Shown one piece after another: positions 43,690 through 55,274 of a DNA stretch of 64,000 nt (positions within the stretch are counted from its first letter, which is position 1; each line of letters opens with the position of its first letter). Position numbers and translations under genes: made by a program. This DNA comes from Eledone cirrhosa (lineage: Eukaryota), in NCBI GenBank assembly GCA_964016885.1, contig OZ024741.1, forward strand, positions 32,054,001 through 32,118,000, in the 5' to 3' direction. The notes below the pieces were generated by a model, which saw nothing but the letters and a program-made list of their open reading frames with translations, was not told where the DNA came from and made no database searches.

Positions 43690-45204
43690 AGGTAACAGAT
43701 AATACCCAGTTCTATTATTTGAGAAACTGTGGCCATGTTGACAAACCGCTCAAAAAGGGTGATCAAATTGATACTTTTAGGTTTACACTTCTTTTAATGG
43801 CAGAGGTGAGAGTTTTGGCAAGTGTGTTAGCAACGAGGTTGAAGTTTGTAGTCGATGGTCTGGTAGGAAAGGCGCAAACATGCACTACTCCGAACAGATC
43901 AATCCACGATGGCAAACGAAAGGATCAGCTAAGATCAGTCGAAATCGTTTGATAGGGTCTACCTTCGTACCTAGTGGCGGTCACTAAGGCAGTTTGGGAC
44001 CTGGTTTCATGGGATGGATAACTGCAGCACACAGTGGCATCTCCGCTGTTGTCAGCGTGAATGGTCACTTATCGGGACCTTTCGATAGCATGCACTCAGT
44101 TTGACAAGGTTGTTCCCTGTTATCCGTGCTGTATGTACTGATTCCACAATCATTACTGCACAAATTTGGGACGTTGAAGGGAAGCCCGTGCAAATTATCA
44201 TGCATGTCAGTATATGCCAATAACGTCACCCTAGTGGTGTCGAGCACTAAACACATGAATGTGGTAACAAGAAAGCTGCAGTCTTGAGTCAAGCGAAGAC
44301 AGAGAAGGATGGTGGTTGTAAATTGGAATGTCTTCAAACAGTGACAGCCTCCTGACAATCGGGCAATAGGATTGGTGGTAACTTCACTTTGACATTCTAA
44401 ATAGCTTAGCGCTGGTTGAAAGCGACGACGTTCTTGGTGAGGCTTTGTGCGTCGACAAATATTGATTGCTCAATTTTCCTATGAATTTTCTGTCTAGAAT
44501 AGAGACATTTCTAACCTGGCAATGCTACAGAGGAGCATTGCCAGTTAGAAATAAACTCTAGTCGTGCTCTCACACCAGGCATGTCTGTGTTGTCTGCATA
44601 TCAACAAACCCATCCTCCATACACTCGTCCAGCGTCAGAATATTGTTGACATGTGTTTATGTGGTACATCTGCTGTCACGTTGTTTAGGACGGATCTGGC
44701 TATCTGTTACGTCCATCGTAAAGACCGACCCACCGCCTTCATTTAGCCAGGAAGTGTAGGCTGTTTTATCTGCCCATTGGTCATGGTGAAAGGGGTTTTT
44801 AATAGTTGAGGACAAGCAATTTCTCCATGACGACGGCCTGATCAACATTTTTTAGTTTCACTCGGAGAGGAAAATCAAGGTGGGGAGAAAAGGGCTGCCT
44901 TCCAATCAGTTCTTTGAATGATGAATGGGAGCAGCGAACATGGTCCGAGTAAACGTTCCTGCTCTGAGTATGTGTCTATAGATCGGAGGAGGACAACTAG
45001 GAGGGGGATCATGCTTTCTTTACGAGTGACCCTCGGAAGTCTCTCTCCTAATAGGAATTCTGTTTTGTTTGAATATTTTACATTTTTGTTGATGTTTTCA
45101 TGTCACATTTTAAACTTTAAAAAAAAATGTTGTATCATCCTGAGCCGTCTTATACTGTCTTTGATATTTTCATAACGTCAGCCTTTTGTGATTAATGAAG
45201 AAAT
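43690..45204 (+). mobile_element. Old, degraded, 5'-truncated Tx1/L1-clade LINE (copy E): RT to 3' UTR
   Basis: KKGDQIDTFRFTLLLMAEVRVLASVLATRLKFVVDGLVGKAQTCTTPNRSIHD aligns with copy A ORF2 (KGDNIDNFRPITLLNTEFKILAKVLAKRLALVVGGLVGEAQTCAIPDRSIHD). Later remnants include VNGHLSGPF and WQCYRGALPVRNKL. The 3' end gtcagccttttgtgattaatgaagaaat is followed by a decayed (ATT)n. Confidence 0.85.
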
Positions 45205-45236
45205 CATAATTGTTATTATTATTAACGTTATTTTTA

Positions 45237-45450
45237 GGCGGTGTATTGGCAGAATCAGTAGAGCGCTGGACAACATACATTGCAGCATATAGTTACGGCT
45301 TTTTACGTTCTGAGTTCAAATCTCGCCGAGGGTACTTTTTCCTTTCATCCATTCGGCGTCGATAAAATAAAGTAGCATTACCGCACAGAGGTCGATTTAA
45401 TCGACCTTCCCCTCCTCCAAAAATTGTAGGCCTTGTGCCTAAATCAGAAA
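45237..45450 (+). mobile_element. tRNA-derived SINE resembling abundant octopus SINEs
   Basis: A-box-like TGGCAGAATCAG (~45248), B-box-like GAGTTCAAATC (45312-45322), central cctttcatccattcggcgtcgataaaataaagt, and 3' end ggccttgtgcctaaatcagaaa. Family resemblance is from memory, not from a search. Confidence 0.8.
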
Positions 45451-45799
45451 CCACAATTAAAGTTATTGTTATCATCCTACTGTTGCTTGTAACAAGTGTT
45501 TAACTGCTCTTGTAAGTTTTGGAATTGTTGATGAACAGTTCTGCATTTAAATATTTGTGATTGATGGTATTGTTTTCTAGGTAGTAAAGCTTACTAAGCC
45601 TGAATGGTGTTAGTTGGATCCTTTTTACTAATCAGCATTTCCAAATGGTTGAATTGTAATATCTAGAAAATAGGTTGATTGAATTCCACCCAAGAAACAG
45701 GAAGATGTGGGGAGAGTAGGATAAAATATCACATCTGAACATGTCCCATTAAATAAACTTTCACTGGGACAAACTTATGGTGTATAGTTTGTAGTGTTG

Positions 45800-46740
45800 T
45801 CATGAAATGTTGAAAATGTGTGTTGGTGTCTTGTGTGGTGATGTTGCTCCAGTTTTGCTTCCGGATCTCTTTCTTGATCTTTTTTCCAGTTAGCCTTGTG
45901 AAAGTTTAGGCTGGATAAATTCACGGTGCTTCATAATGGTTGCGTCTCTGGTGACTCTCTCAGATCACATGTCATTAGTTATACTAAGTTATGAGGCGAG
46001 AAAGTCGTTGGCGTCATCTTTCTTTTGTGGATGAGCACTGCATTGTTTGTAAAGCAGAGATCCAAAACATTCTTGCCTCTTGTTGGGAGAAGTACTGCTT
46101 GTTCCATGAAAAGCCTGTGTGTGAGGGCCAGCAGGGACACCGTCTTTCTCTTTTCGAGTGATGTCATTCCAGGGAGGAGGTGGCCCTCAGACCCTTTGAC
46201 ATTTGGCCTCCCAGCAGCAGAATGTTGTGACCCTGGTCCAGTTTGTTAAGGAATTCTTCCATCCTTCTGAGGCGATCCTCAAACTTACCTAGGGGCAACG
46301 GGTGGCCGATATGTGACGCTTATTACCATTTTCAGTTGCTTCATATGTACTATCAGTGTGTCACAGACTGAGTTTGAATGGGTGTGGCATCTTCACGGAT
46401 GTACAGATCAGCCCCACCATGAGTTCTCTCCTTCGTGTCTGAACGAAATATAGTATACTCTGTTATTTCCGCATCTGCTATACTGCTTGTCAGGTGCGTT
46501 TCGTTTAGTGACATGTAAATTGCTTGATTGCTTATGGCTAAGTCTCTCAAGTAGGGAATTTTACTCATGTTAGTGAGTTTCACCAGGTCTCTGACATTCA
46601 ACAGCAACACTGGTGTGACATTTGGTGTGTCAAGAATGGCTGTCAGTGTGGAACCCGGCCTGGTGTCAGTGGCGGCCACCCTGGGTCCCATTCGGTCACG
46701 AATAACAACGGGATTTATACATAGAAAGTTCCCCTCCGAG
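45800..46740 (-). mobile_element. Degraded CR1/L2-group LINE fragment (APE endonuclease region)
   Basis: LLLNVR...SLNETHL...YTIFRSD...HGGADLYIRE (ORF 46353-46859), PTRGKNVLDLCFTNN...FSPHNLV (ORF 45979-46167), and LNFHKANWKK downstream. Boundaries are approximate. Confidence 0.75.
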
Positions 46741-46754
46741 GCACACGTCCGGGG

Positions 46755-46990
46755 AACGTTGTTTGTTGAAGACCAGCAGTCGCCCCTATGTACCATTCTC
46801 CTCTCTCTACGCCATCGAAGTTGTCCAAGGGAAAGGCTTTGGCCGATACATCTTGGCACCAGTGACGTTGCAAATCATTTCTACAGCTGAGTAAATTGGA
46901 GCAACGTGAAATAAAGTGTCTTGCACATGAACACAACGCAAAACTCGGTCCGAGGTCCGAACTCTTAACCTTGCGATTGCAAGTCCAACG

Positions 46991-46992
<2 letters not shown>
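46755..46992 (-). mobile_element. Second tRNA-derived SINE family (cephalopod-type), reverse orientation
   Basis: Plus-strand gtgtcttgcacatgaacacaac...ggtccgaactc...ttgcgattgcaagtccaacgc is the reverse complement of a tRNA-like head (B-box-like GAGTTCGGACC). The body is catttctacagctgagtaaattggagcaacgtgaaataaag. Confidence 0.65.

Positions 46993-47049
<57 letters not shown>
46993..47049. repeat. (TA)n microsatellite
   Basis: Pure TA run; a shorter run lies at 47170-47191. Confidence 0.97.
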
Positions 47050-47051
<2 letters not shown>

Positions 47052-48047
47052 AAATTGGTTTATTTATTATCAGTTGGATCTAGACGGTTAAGCTGTCCTT
47101 CAGAGTTATTATCAATCTCCTGGATGGTATGTTATCAAAAATCAGTGGACATACGCAAGCAGAATCAATTATATATATATATATATATATAAATAAACCA
47201 AATTTGATTTCATCAATTTCGTCGACGATTTTTTGATTTCATCTTATATTTCGTTTATTTATTTATTTTTTTTATTCGTTTCGTTTTCCGTTCCATGATT
47301 TTAGGTTTCATTTTTGATATTGTTAATTATAATTTTTTCCTTGTTTAATTTTGTTTATTTTGTTATATTTTTCACTTCATCTTTCTTTTCGTCGAATTTG
47401 AGTTTTGTAATATTTTCTGTTCATGGTTTTGGATTGTATTAATTTTGAAAGTTGTTTAACTGTTCATTTCATATTTTTTCATCAAATATTTATTTCATTT
47501 TCCTGTTCGTCATCATTTCGCATTACTTTTTTATGAAATATGAAGAATTGTATCATCAAATTTAATCATTTACATGACATTAAGTTTATCAGAATTAATG
47601 TAATCAGATTTAATTTTCTAGAGTAATATGGTTTTTTAAAAGTACTGAAATAATTTGTATTTTTTCCTTCTATTTGAATATGAAAAAAAAATGGAATTAA
47701 AATTGTGAGCCTAAGGAACATTTCGAGAACCCCGCAGCAACTAGCTGAAAGTTAACTAACTGAGTTCCAAAGCTAGCATTTACAATATTTTATCATCATT
47801 GCGATTATTTTGAAAGATTTATGATAAAGTATGAGTCAGTAAAAACATATCTACTTATATGAATACACAACTACACACATACTCATATATCTTTACATAT
47901 ATCAATACCGTTACAGTTATATATGTATATGCAAACTCACACACACACACTTATAGGGATTGTGGCGTCCAGTTACTGAAGGTACACCAGAGTGAGCACC
48001 CGATGAGTAGTTTCCAGTATGAATGCAGGTGTATTACTAAGCCGAGT

Positions 48048-48048
<1 letters not shown>

Positions 48049-48078
<30 letters not shown>
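48049..48078 (+). repeat. (TAA)n tract, left boundary of the retrotransposon chain
   Basis: Pure TAA run abutting the 3' end of copy D. Confidence 0.95.
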
Positions 48079-48079
<1 letters not shown>

Positions 48080-48447
48080 TTCTTTATTGGCCACAAGGGC
48101 TGACATCAAGAAAAAACATTACAGACGGCACAGTACGGTACACGACGGTACGATGTGGGTTTTGTGCGTGTAAATATTTTTATTATTTATATAAGAAAAG
48201 AAAAAAAAAGGACATAGAAACATATATATATATAAACAATAAAAATGAAAATTGAAACAATGAAAAATTCCCCAATAGGGGGGAAACCTCCGAGGGTTAC
48301 TCGTGGCGAAAACCACACAAAAGACCACGGCCACCCTGACCACCAGGGCAAGCGCCCACTCTCAATTTTTCCATTTCTTAAACTACAGACGTATATTCAG
48401 AGTGGTCAAGTTCACTCGGACCATTCTCGCTACATTCACCAACCTTT
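48080..48447 (-). mobile_element. Short 3' fragment of a Tx1/L1 LINE (copy D, distinct subfamily)
   Basis: Contains the ORF2 tail (RLVNVARMVRVN, homologous to RWVNVARMARVS in B), the 3' UTR motif CCCCCCTATTGGGGAA and the terminal GCCCTTGTGGCCAATAAAGAAA. (TAA)n lies on both sides. Confidence 0.85.
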
Positions 48448-48470
48448 TAATAATAATAATAATAATAATA
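48448..48470 (+). repeat. (TAA)n tract between copies D and C
   Basis: Pure TAA run. Confidence 0.95.
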
Positions 48471-51017
48471 CTTTCTTTATTAACCACAAGGCTTTAAATA
48501 AAGTAGACATTAAGGACAGTACAGGACAATACAGGACGGTACAAATGGGCATTTCTGCGTGTAAAAAACCAAAACAGAGGATGTAACAAAAGAATAACAA
48601 TGAAAACTTCCCCAATAGGGGAGAGACTTCCGAGGGAGATTCGTGGAGAAAGCCCATTAAAAAGCCACAGTGTCCCTGACCACCAGGGCAAGTGCCCTCT
48701 CCCAGTTTTCCACCTTTAATTTACAGACACATGCTCAGAGTAGGCCCATTCACTCGGGCCATACTTGCTTCTCTCACCCATCTTTCAACAAAATGCTGGG
48801 AAGAGAGCACTTCCTACTTTACCTTGATTTTCCTTTTCAAATGAAATTTGAAAAAGTTAATCAGGGCAACACCGAAGAGGTAAGTGCTCGTCTTCAGCCC
48901 TTTCAAACGTGTCCACCATACTATCTCTTTCGCCATGGCCACCAGACAGATAAAAACTGCCTGCCCTTCCCGGCTAAAGGAGGAGGGCGGGGCAATTCTC
49001 ACGATGGACTCAGCTGATAGCTGGATCCGTCCTACACGCGACAGCAGGTGTTCGACATAAACCCACAAGTCAGCAATGCTCGGACACTGGACGAGTGCGT
49101 GCAGGACGGTTTCGTCGCCCTGCGCGCATCTCGGACATGCCCGGCTGATGGCACCTCCATGCCTGTAGAGTTTATCCCGAACTCGCAAAGCTACTCGGTA
49201 GCACTGCCAGGCCAGGGATTTCTGGAAGTTGTCCATAGGCCCCCGCCCGAAAGTTCTTCCGAAGAGATTGGCTAGTTGATTTACGTCGACGCCTAGAGTT
49301 TCCCCAAGTACGTCGTCGCTCTTCCCCTCCACTAATCCTCTATAGAATGTCAGGTGGAGTTTCCACCGATCACATTGCCCGATTGGTCGAGGGCTGTGAG
49401 CGCCTGAAGACATTCCAGTCTCCAAGCGCTCCCTCTCGGTCTTCGCTTGACCCAGGACTGCAGCTCCGTCATGGAGTCGAGCTGGGGAAAGACGCGTCTA
49501 GCAAACGGCGACCACACCTGATCACCGTCGAGGAAGAGGTGGAGATGTCGTAGCCTAAGCGCGTGTCTGCGCATCATCAGCCACGGCACGCCCAGCCCTC
49601 CACGTAGCGGGTGTTGACAGCAGATGGACCGCCTGACCATCGGAGCGCGTCCCTTCCACAAAAAGCGAAAGAGCAAACGCTCCAGCGCAGTCAGGCGGGG
49701 CTTAGGACAAGGTACGGTGGTTTGGCAGTAGTAGATGACGGACGCGATGTACCCGTTAGCCACCTCCTCTCGACCTTTCAGGGATAGCTTCCTCTCCGCC
49801 CATTTCTGGGTGAGAGAAACCACCCTGCTCGTCACCTCGCCCAGTTTTTGTCCGTCTGGAGGTCCGGACTGAACCAGACACCTAGCAATTTAACCGGTCC
49901 GTCCGTCCAGCGCCCGACGACGCTGTTGCACGGCATGGACCTGCCTCTCCAGGTGCCGAGCTGCAGGCGCACTGACTTTTCCTGGTTGATCATTGATCCT
50001 GTCACCGCTTCGTATTCTCTTAGTGTAGTGCCGATCCCCTCGATGTGTTTGGCGTTCGACACCACTACGGTGACATCGTCCGAATATGCTGACACGAATC
50101 TTCCGCATCCTAGTTCGTGCGGGATACCCCTCAACGTCTCCAGTTTGTGAAGTAATGGCTCGAGAGTCAATACGTACAAGAGGGACGAGAGGGGACATCC
50201 TTGGCGGACCGAGCGCATGATGTTGAAGGGTTCCGAAAGGTGACCGTTCACTCTCACCACAGAGCAAATATCGCTGTGCATGGCAGCGATCCAGCCTCTG
50301 AAGACGGGCCCAAAGCCAGCCGCCCTCAGGACTGCCGCTAGGGTTTATCGAAAGCTTTGGACTGATCTAAATTGATCAAGGACCCACCCGTGCTAGGTTC
50401 CCTAGCTACCCTCTCTACGATGTATCGTATGAGGTGGAGGTTGTCGTGGATGGATCTGTCGGTAATGGCGCATGTCTGCGCCTCTCCCACCAGACCACCA
50501 ACGACAAGTGTTTAGCAGAGCTATGGGCCGGAAGTTATCTATGTTATCCCCCTTGTTCGGATACTTTCTCAGCAGCTCCACAGCTCCTCGGCTCACAGAG
50601 TTGGAAATTCTCCCGTTCTGTTGCCAGTTGCAGTAGACGTCCGCCAAGAGGCTTCCGAACAAGTCTGGCATCTGTACGTAAAGTTCGTAGGGCAGACCAT
50701 CCAAACCAGGCGATTTACCCCTTGTGCAGCCAGTCATTGCCTCTCGTACTTCAGTGGCTGTTATAGGCTTTTCGCAACACTCCGCCTCAGTGGCCGAGAG
50801 CCGCGGCTGTCCGTCGAGGTAGACACTAAAGTCGAGGTAGACACTAAATTCCATCCCTCGATCCGGCCCCCCGCTGCCCCCGAACAGCTGAGCGAAGTGT
50901 CGCTGAAAAGCTTTACACATTTGCCCGGGGTCGAGTAGCATGCGCCCACCAAAGACCGGATCGTGGCTTTGTTGCCACGACGCACCGCCGCCACTCGGGC
51001 CCATTGAACAGCTTTCG
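48471..51017 (-). mobile_element. 5'-truncated Tx1/L1 LINE (copy C), same family as copy A, with disabled ORF2
   Basis: Colinear with 59205-61805. Motifs: GKSPGLDGLP, RQGCPLS, YSDD (YADD in A) and CPRC...H...C. It has frameshifts, small deletions (~50345, ~50510) and an 18-bp tandem duplication (50813-50848). The 5' junction is directly into (TAA)4. Confidence 0.95.
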
Positions 51018-51056
51018 TAATAATAATAATACATACATACAAGCATACATACATAC
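51018..51056 (+). repeat. (TAA)4 followed by (ACAT)n
   Basis: taataataataatacatacatacaagcatacatacatac. Confidence 0.9.
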
Positions 51057-51547
51057 TGACAGGACCATAAAAGCAAATAGACCTAACATCATTGTAAAAG
51101 ATCAACATAACAAGGTATGTTTATTGATAGATATGAGCATCCCATGTGATCACATTATCGCGGCAAAAATTTGACAAGCTACGAAAATATAAAGATCTGC
51201 TTATTGAAATTGAGAAAATGTGGCACCTCAAGGCCGTTACAATACCAGTGATTGTGGGAGGACTAGGAATGATCAAGAAAGGAACAAAACAATATTTGCG
51301 AATGATTCCTGGTTTACGCTCTCCACAAGGTGTAAAACATTATTTTGACTGGTACTGTACACGTACTGAGAAGAGCACTATCTCTGTACGATTGGTATCC
51401 CTCCTTGTATTTACATATGCATATGTGTATATATATATACTGTCTTTTTTTTAATTTAATTATAATCAATGTGCTGTATCAACTGGATTAACAATACACA
51501 CTGTGAATTTATTTGCCCTAGAAACAATAAAGAAAGAAAATAAAAGC
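51050..51547 (+). mobile_element. 3' fragment of an R4/Dong-like RLE-type non-LTR retrotransposon (family 1)
   Basis: HTDRTIKANRPNIIVKD...CLLIDMSIP...KLRKYKDL..EIEKMW...IPVIVGGLG is a degenerate PD-(D/E)xK restriction-like endonuclease. An AT-rich 3' UTR ends in (TAA)n. Confidence 0.85.
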
Positions 51548-51568
51548 AATAATAATAATAATAATAAT
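51548..51568 (+). repeat. (AAT)n tract where the RLE element and Tx1 copy B meet tail to tail
   Basis: aataataataataataataat. Confidence 0.95.
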
Positions 51569-51831
51569 GATTTCATTTATTGGCTACAAGGGCCGACATA
51601 TAGGGGACAATACAAAAGACTAGGACAGTGGGGTTTTACAGAAAAATCGAGTAAACAATATGAATAACAATAACAAAGTAACGATAAAGTAACAATAAAA
51701 TTACAAGAAAAACTTCTCCAATAGGGGGGATGAACACCTAGGGTTCGCTCAGGTACCCCACCAGTCCTGAACGACCCGACGCTTCGAGAGCACCCTGGAA
51801 GGGCACCTCTCTCCTCTTCAAATTTACCTAC

Positions 51832-54800
51832 CTACAGCCGTATGACCAGAGTAGGCCCACTCACACGGGCCATTCTCGCCACATTCACCCACCTTTCAGC
51901 AAATGTACTGGGGGGGGGGGGGGGGGGCAGCACTTCTCTCGCCACCCTCACCTTCCTTTCCAAGTGAAACTTGAAAAAGTTGATGAGGGATTGGCTGAAG
52001 AGAAAAGTGTCTGTCTTCACTCCTTTCAACCTTGTCCACCATAAAACCTCTTTCGCTACTGCCACCAGACAGAGGAAAATTGCCTGCCCTTCCTGGCAAA
52101 AAGAAGGTGTCGGGTCGATCTTCCCTATGGACTCGGCCGGAAGCCGGATCCGTTCTACACGCGACAACAGCTGTTCAACATAACTCCACAAGTCAGTAAT
52201 GCACGGACACTGGACGAGTGCGTGCAGAACGGGTTCGTCGCTCTGCGCGCATCTCGGGCAGGTCCGTCTGACAGCACTTCCGTTCCTGTAGAGTTTATCT
52301 CGAATCGGCAGTGCCCCCGGTAGCACTGCCAAGCGAGGGATTTTGGGAAATTATCCATCATCCCCGGCTCGAAAGTCCTCCGGTACAGACTGGTTAGTTC
52401 GACTTCGTTGACTCCCAGAGCCTCTCCAAGTGCGTCGTCGCACTTGCCCACCACTAATCCTCTATAGAACTCGAGAGTGGAAGTTCCACTGACCGCATTG
52501 CCCGCCTGGTAGAGAGCAGTGAGTGCCTGGCAACATTCCAGATGCCAGTCACCCAGTCTCGGTCTCTTCTTGACCCAGGACCGCAACTCAGTCAAAGAAA
52601 CGAGCTGCGGAGAGGCCCGTCTGACAAACAGCGACCACACCTGTTCACCGTTTAGGCAGAATATCTGGAGATGCCGCAGCCTCAGGGCGTGCCTGCGCAT
52701 CATTAGCCACGGCATGCCCAGCCCTCCACGTAGAGGGTGCTGGCAGAAGATGGACCGCCTCACCAGCGGAACCTGACCCCTCCACAAGAATTTGAAGAGG
52801 AGCCGCTCCAAGATGGCGAGGCGCGAACGGGGGCAAGGGACGTCAGTCAGACGGTAGTAGATGACGGACGCGATGTACGCGTTCGCCACCTCCGCCCGAC
52901 CTTTCAGTGATAGCTTCATCCCAGCCCATTTCTGGGTGAGACTGACTAACCTGCCCGTCACCTCGTCCCAATTCTTATCCACCTAGAGGTCTGGCCCAAA
53001 CCAAACCCCTAGCAACTTTACCGGTCCGTCCGTCAAGCGCCTAACGACGCTGTTGGACGGCATGGACTTGCCTCTCCAGGTGCCGAGTTTCAAGCCCACT
53101 GACTTTTCCGAGTTAAGTTTTGCTCCCATCAACCTTTCATATTCCTCCAATAAGTTGCCGACCACCTCGATTTCTGAGGTGTCCGACACCATCACGGTGA
53201 TGTCGTCCGCATAAGCCGACACAGCCTTTCCGCGTCCCGGTTCGAACGGGATGCCCTGCAACAGCTCCAGCTTCCGCAGTAAAGGCTCGAGAGTCAATAC
53301 GTACAGAAGGGAGGAGAGAGGGCACCCTTGACGGACCGATCGGGAGACCTGAAACGGTTCCGAGAGGTGGCCATTAATTTTGACCATCGAGCAGGTGCCG
53401 CTGTGCATTGCAGCGATCGACTTCTGAAGACGGGGCCGAAGCCAGCCGCCTTAAGGATAGCTTCCAGATACCGATGGTCGACCCTATCGAATGCTTTCGA
53501 TTGATCTAAATTGATCAGAGCCCCACCGAAGCTAGGTTTACACCCTACCCTCTCTATGATGTATCGCATTAGGTGGAGGTTGTCGTGTATGGACCTGGTT
53601 GGGATTGCGCAAGTTTGCGCCTCCCCAACCAAATCCCCGACGACACGCGCCAGCCTCTTCGCTAACACCCTGTGTTGAGCAGAGTTATGGGCCTGAAATT
53701 GTCTAATGTGTCCCTCTTGTTCTCGTCTTTCCTTATCAGCGCCACTACGCCCCGGCTCACAGAACTGGGAATACTCCCGTTTTGCTGCCAGTTGCAGTAG
53801 AGGGCTTCGAGGAGATTGGAGAACAAGTCTGGCATATTTACGTAAAGCTCGTAGGGCAGACCATCCAAACCGGGTGACTTGCGCCTCATGCAGCCGACAA
53901 GGGCATCCTGAAACTCGGCTGAAGTAATTGGCCTTTCGCAGCGCCCAGCGTCAGCCGTCTAGAGTTGCGGCAAGCCATCGAAATAGGGACTGAAGTCCGC
54001 CATCATCTCTGACCCGCCAATTCCCCCGAACAACCGAGCTAAATGTTGGCGAAAGGCCTCACACATCCTCTTGGAATCGCTCAGCTCGTGCCCGTCTCGG
54101 TCCGTCAAAAACCGAATCGTGGTTTTATTACCACGCTCGCCTCTGCCACGCGGGCCCATCGAACAGCTTTGGTTCCCTCGTTTCTCAGGGCACACGCCTT
54201 AGCTCTGACAATGCAACCTTCGTGTTTCGCATTGAAGAAATGGTCTAATGTCATTCTCGCCGCTAGCACATCAGTTGCAATGCCACTACCAATAGCCTCG
54301 TCTAACTTATCTACCAACTCCCCCTCCTTTCTATTTTTCTCTAGTGCTACTTCTTTGCTAAACTCTATCGACATTACTCTAATCTCTCTTTTGAGAGCCC
54401 CCCACCATCTATTGTTGACGACTGCCCCTGTCAACGTTTTCTTAACTAAATTGTTGACCTGGTCCCTGTAAGCCTTACGTGTCGGAAATGACACGTTTAG
54501 CTTCCAGTAACCAGGTCCTAACCTACAAGTCTTATCTAGGTCGACCATACAGATCACAAACTTGTGATCTGAATAGGTGACCGTTTCAAAACGTGGACAG
54601 CTTACACTATTTCTGTCTATTTTCCTAATGAATATCCTGTCGATATACGATCTAGATGACCCTATGCGGTTAGCCCAGGTCCACACTGGCGCATTAGGGA
54701 AATCTAGTCGGTACCTCACAGACAGTTGGAACTGGCTGATCAGGTTCTTGAGGCTTTTGCACCCTCCGCTCCTATCGGATACTCCCACACAGTCCCAGCG

Positions 54801-55244
54801 TGCGTCTAAGATGCCGTTCCAGTCCCCCGCTAACAGTAAAGGGCGAGACGTACACAGAAAGGCTTCCAGGCGTCTAAAGAAGTCCGGCCGTCCTGCCCCA
54901 GTAGGAGCATAGACGGCTACCAGTCTAAAGGAACCACCTTCATTATTGTTCACGTCGAAGACCACCAACTTCCCGTCCGGGTCCCGGAAGATCGACCATA
55001 CCTCAAGATCCAGGCCTTTCCTAAACAGCACAGCCACCCCGCCTCCCATTCCCGGCCGGCTGACAGATGCAAAGATCTGATAGTCGTCGAAAATGGGGGC
55101 TAGTGCGCGCGTGTCGGAAATCCTGGTCTCGCTGACTGCAATTACATCCATTTCTATAGACCTGAGGTCGTTGAGCAGGTGACCCTGCTTCCAGGACAAT
55201 CCCAGGCCTCGAACATTTAAACATCCTACTCTTAATACGGCCAT
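51832..55244 (-). pseudogene. Copy B ORF2 (APE endonuclease, reverse transcriptase, C-terminal zinc finger), multiple stops and frameshifts
   Basis: LNVRG, SET, YAP, GDWN, IDR, SDH, GYWKLN; KSPGLDGLP, DQSKAFDRVDH, RQGCPLS, YADD, LLGVWF; CPRC..H....C. These are split over seven ORF pieces. Confidence 0.93.
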
Positions 55245-55274
55245 GTTGGCAGGTTAAACAGAGAGAGAGGAAGG

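Noticed and set aside
45237-45330. tRNA gene
   Set aside because: A and B boxes are present but there is no convincing cloverleaf, and the sequence continues into a SINE body and tail.
47190-48048. AT/T-rich stretch as a possible regulatory region or gene
   Set aside because: Low-complexity sequence with decayed microsatellites; no supportable motif or coding signal.
50813-50848. 18-bp tandem duplication in copy C
   Set aside because: Private slippage event in an inactive truncated copy.
51910-51927. G18 run encoding poly-Pro in copy B
   Set aside because: It is absent from copies A and C; a homopolymer expansion in a dead copy.
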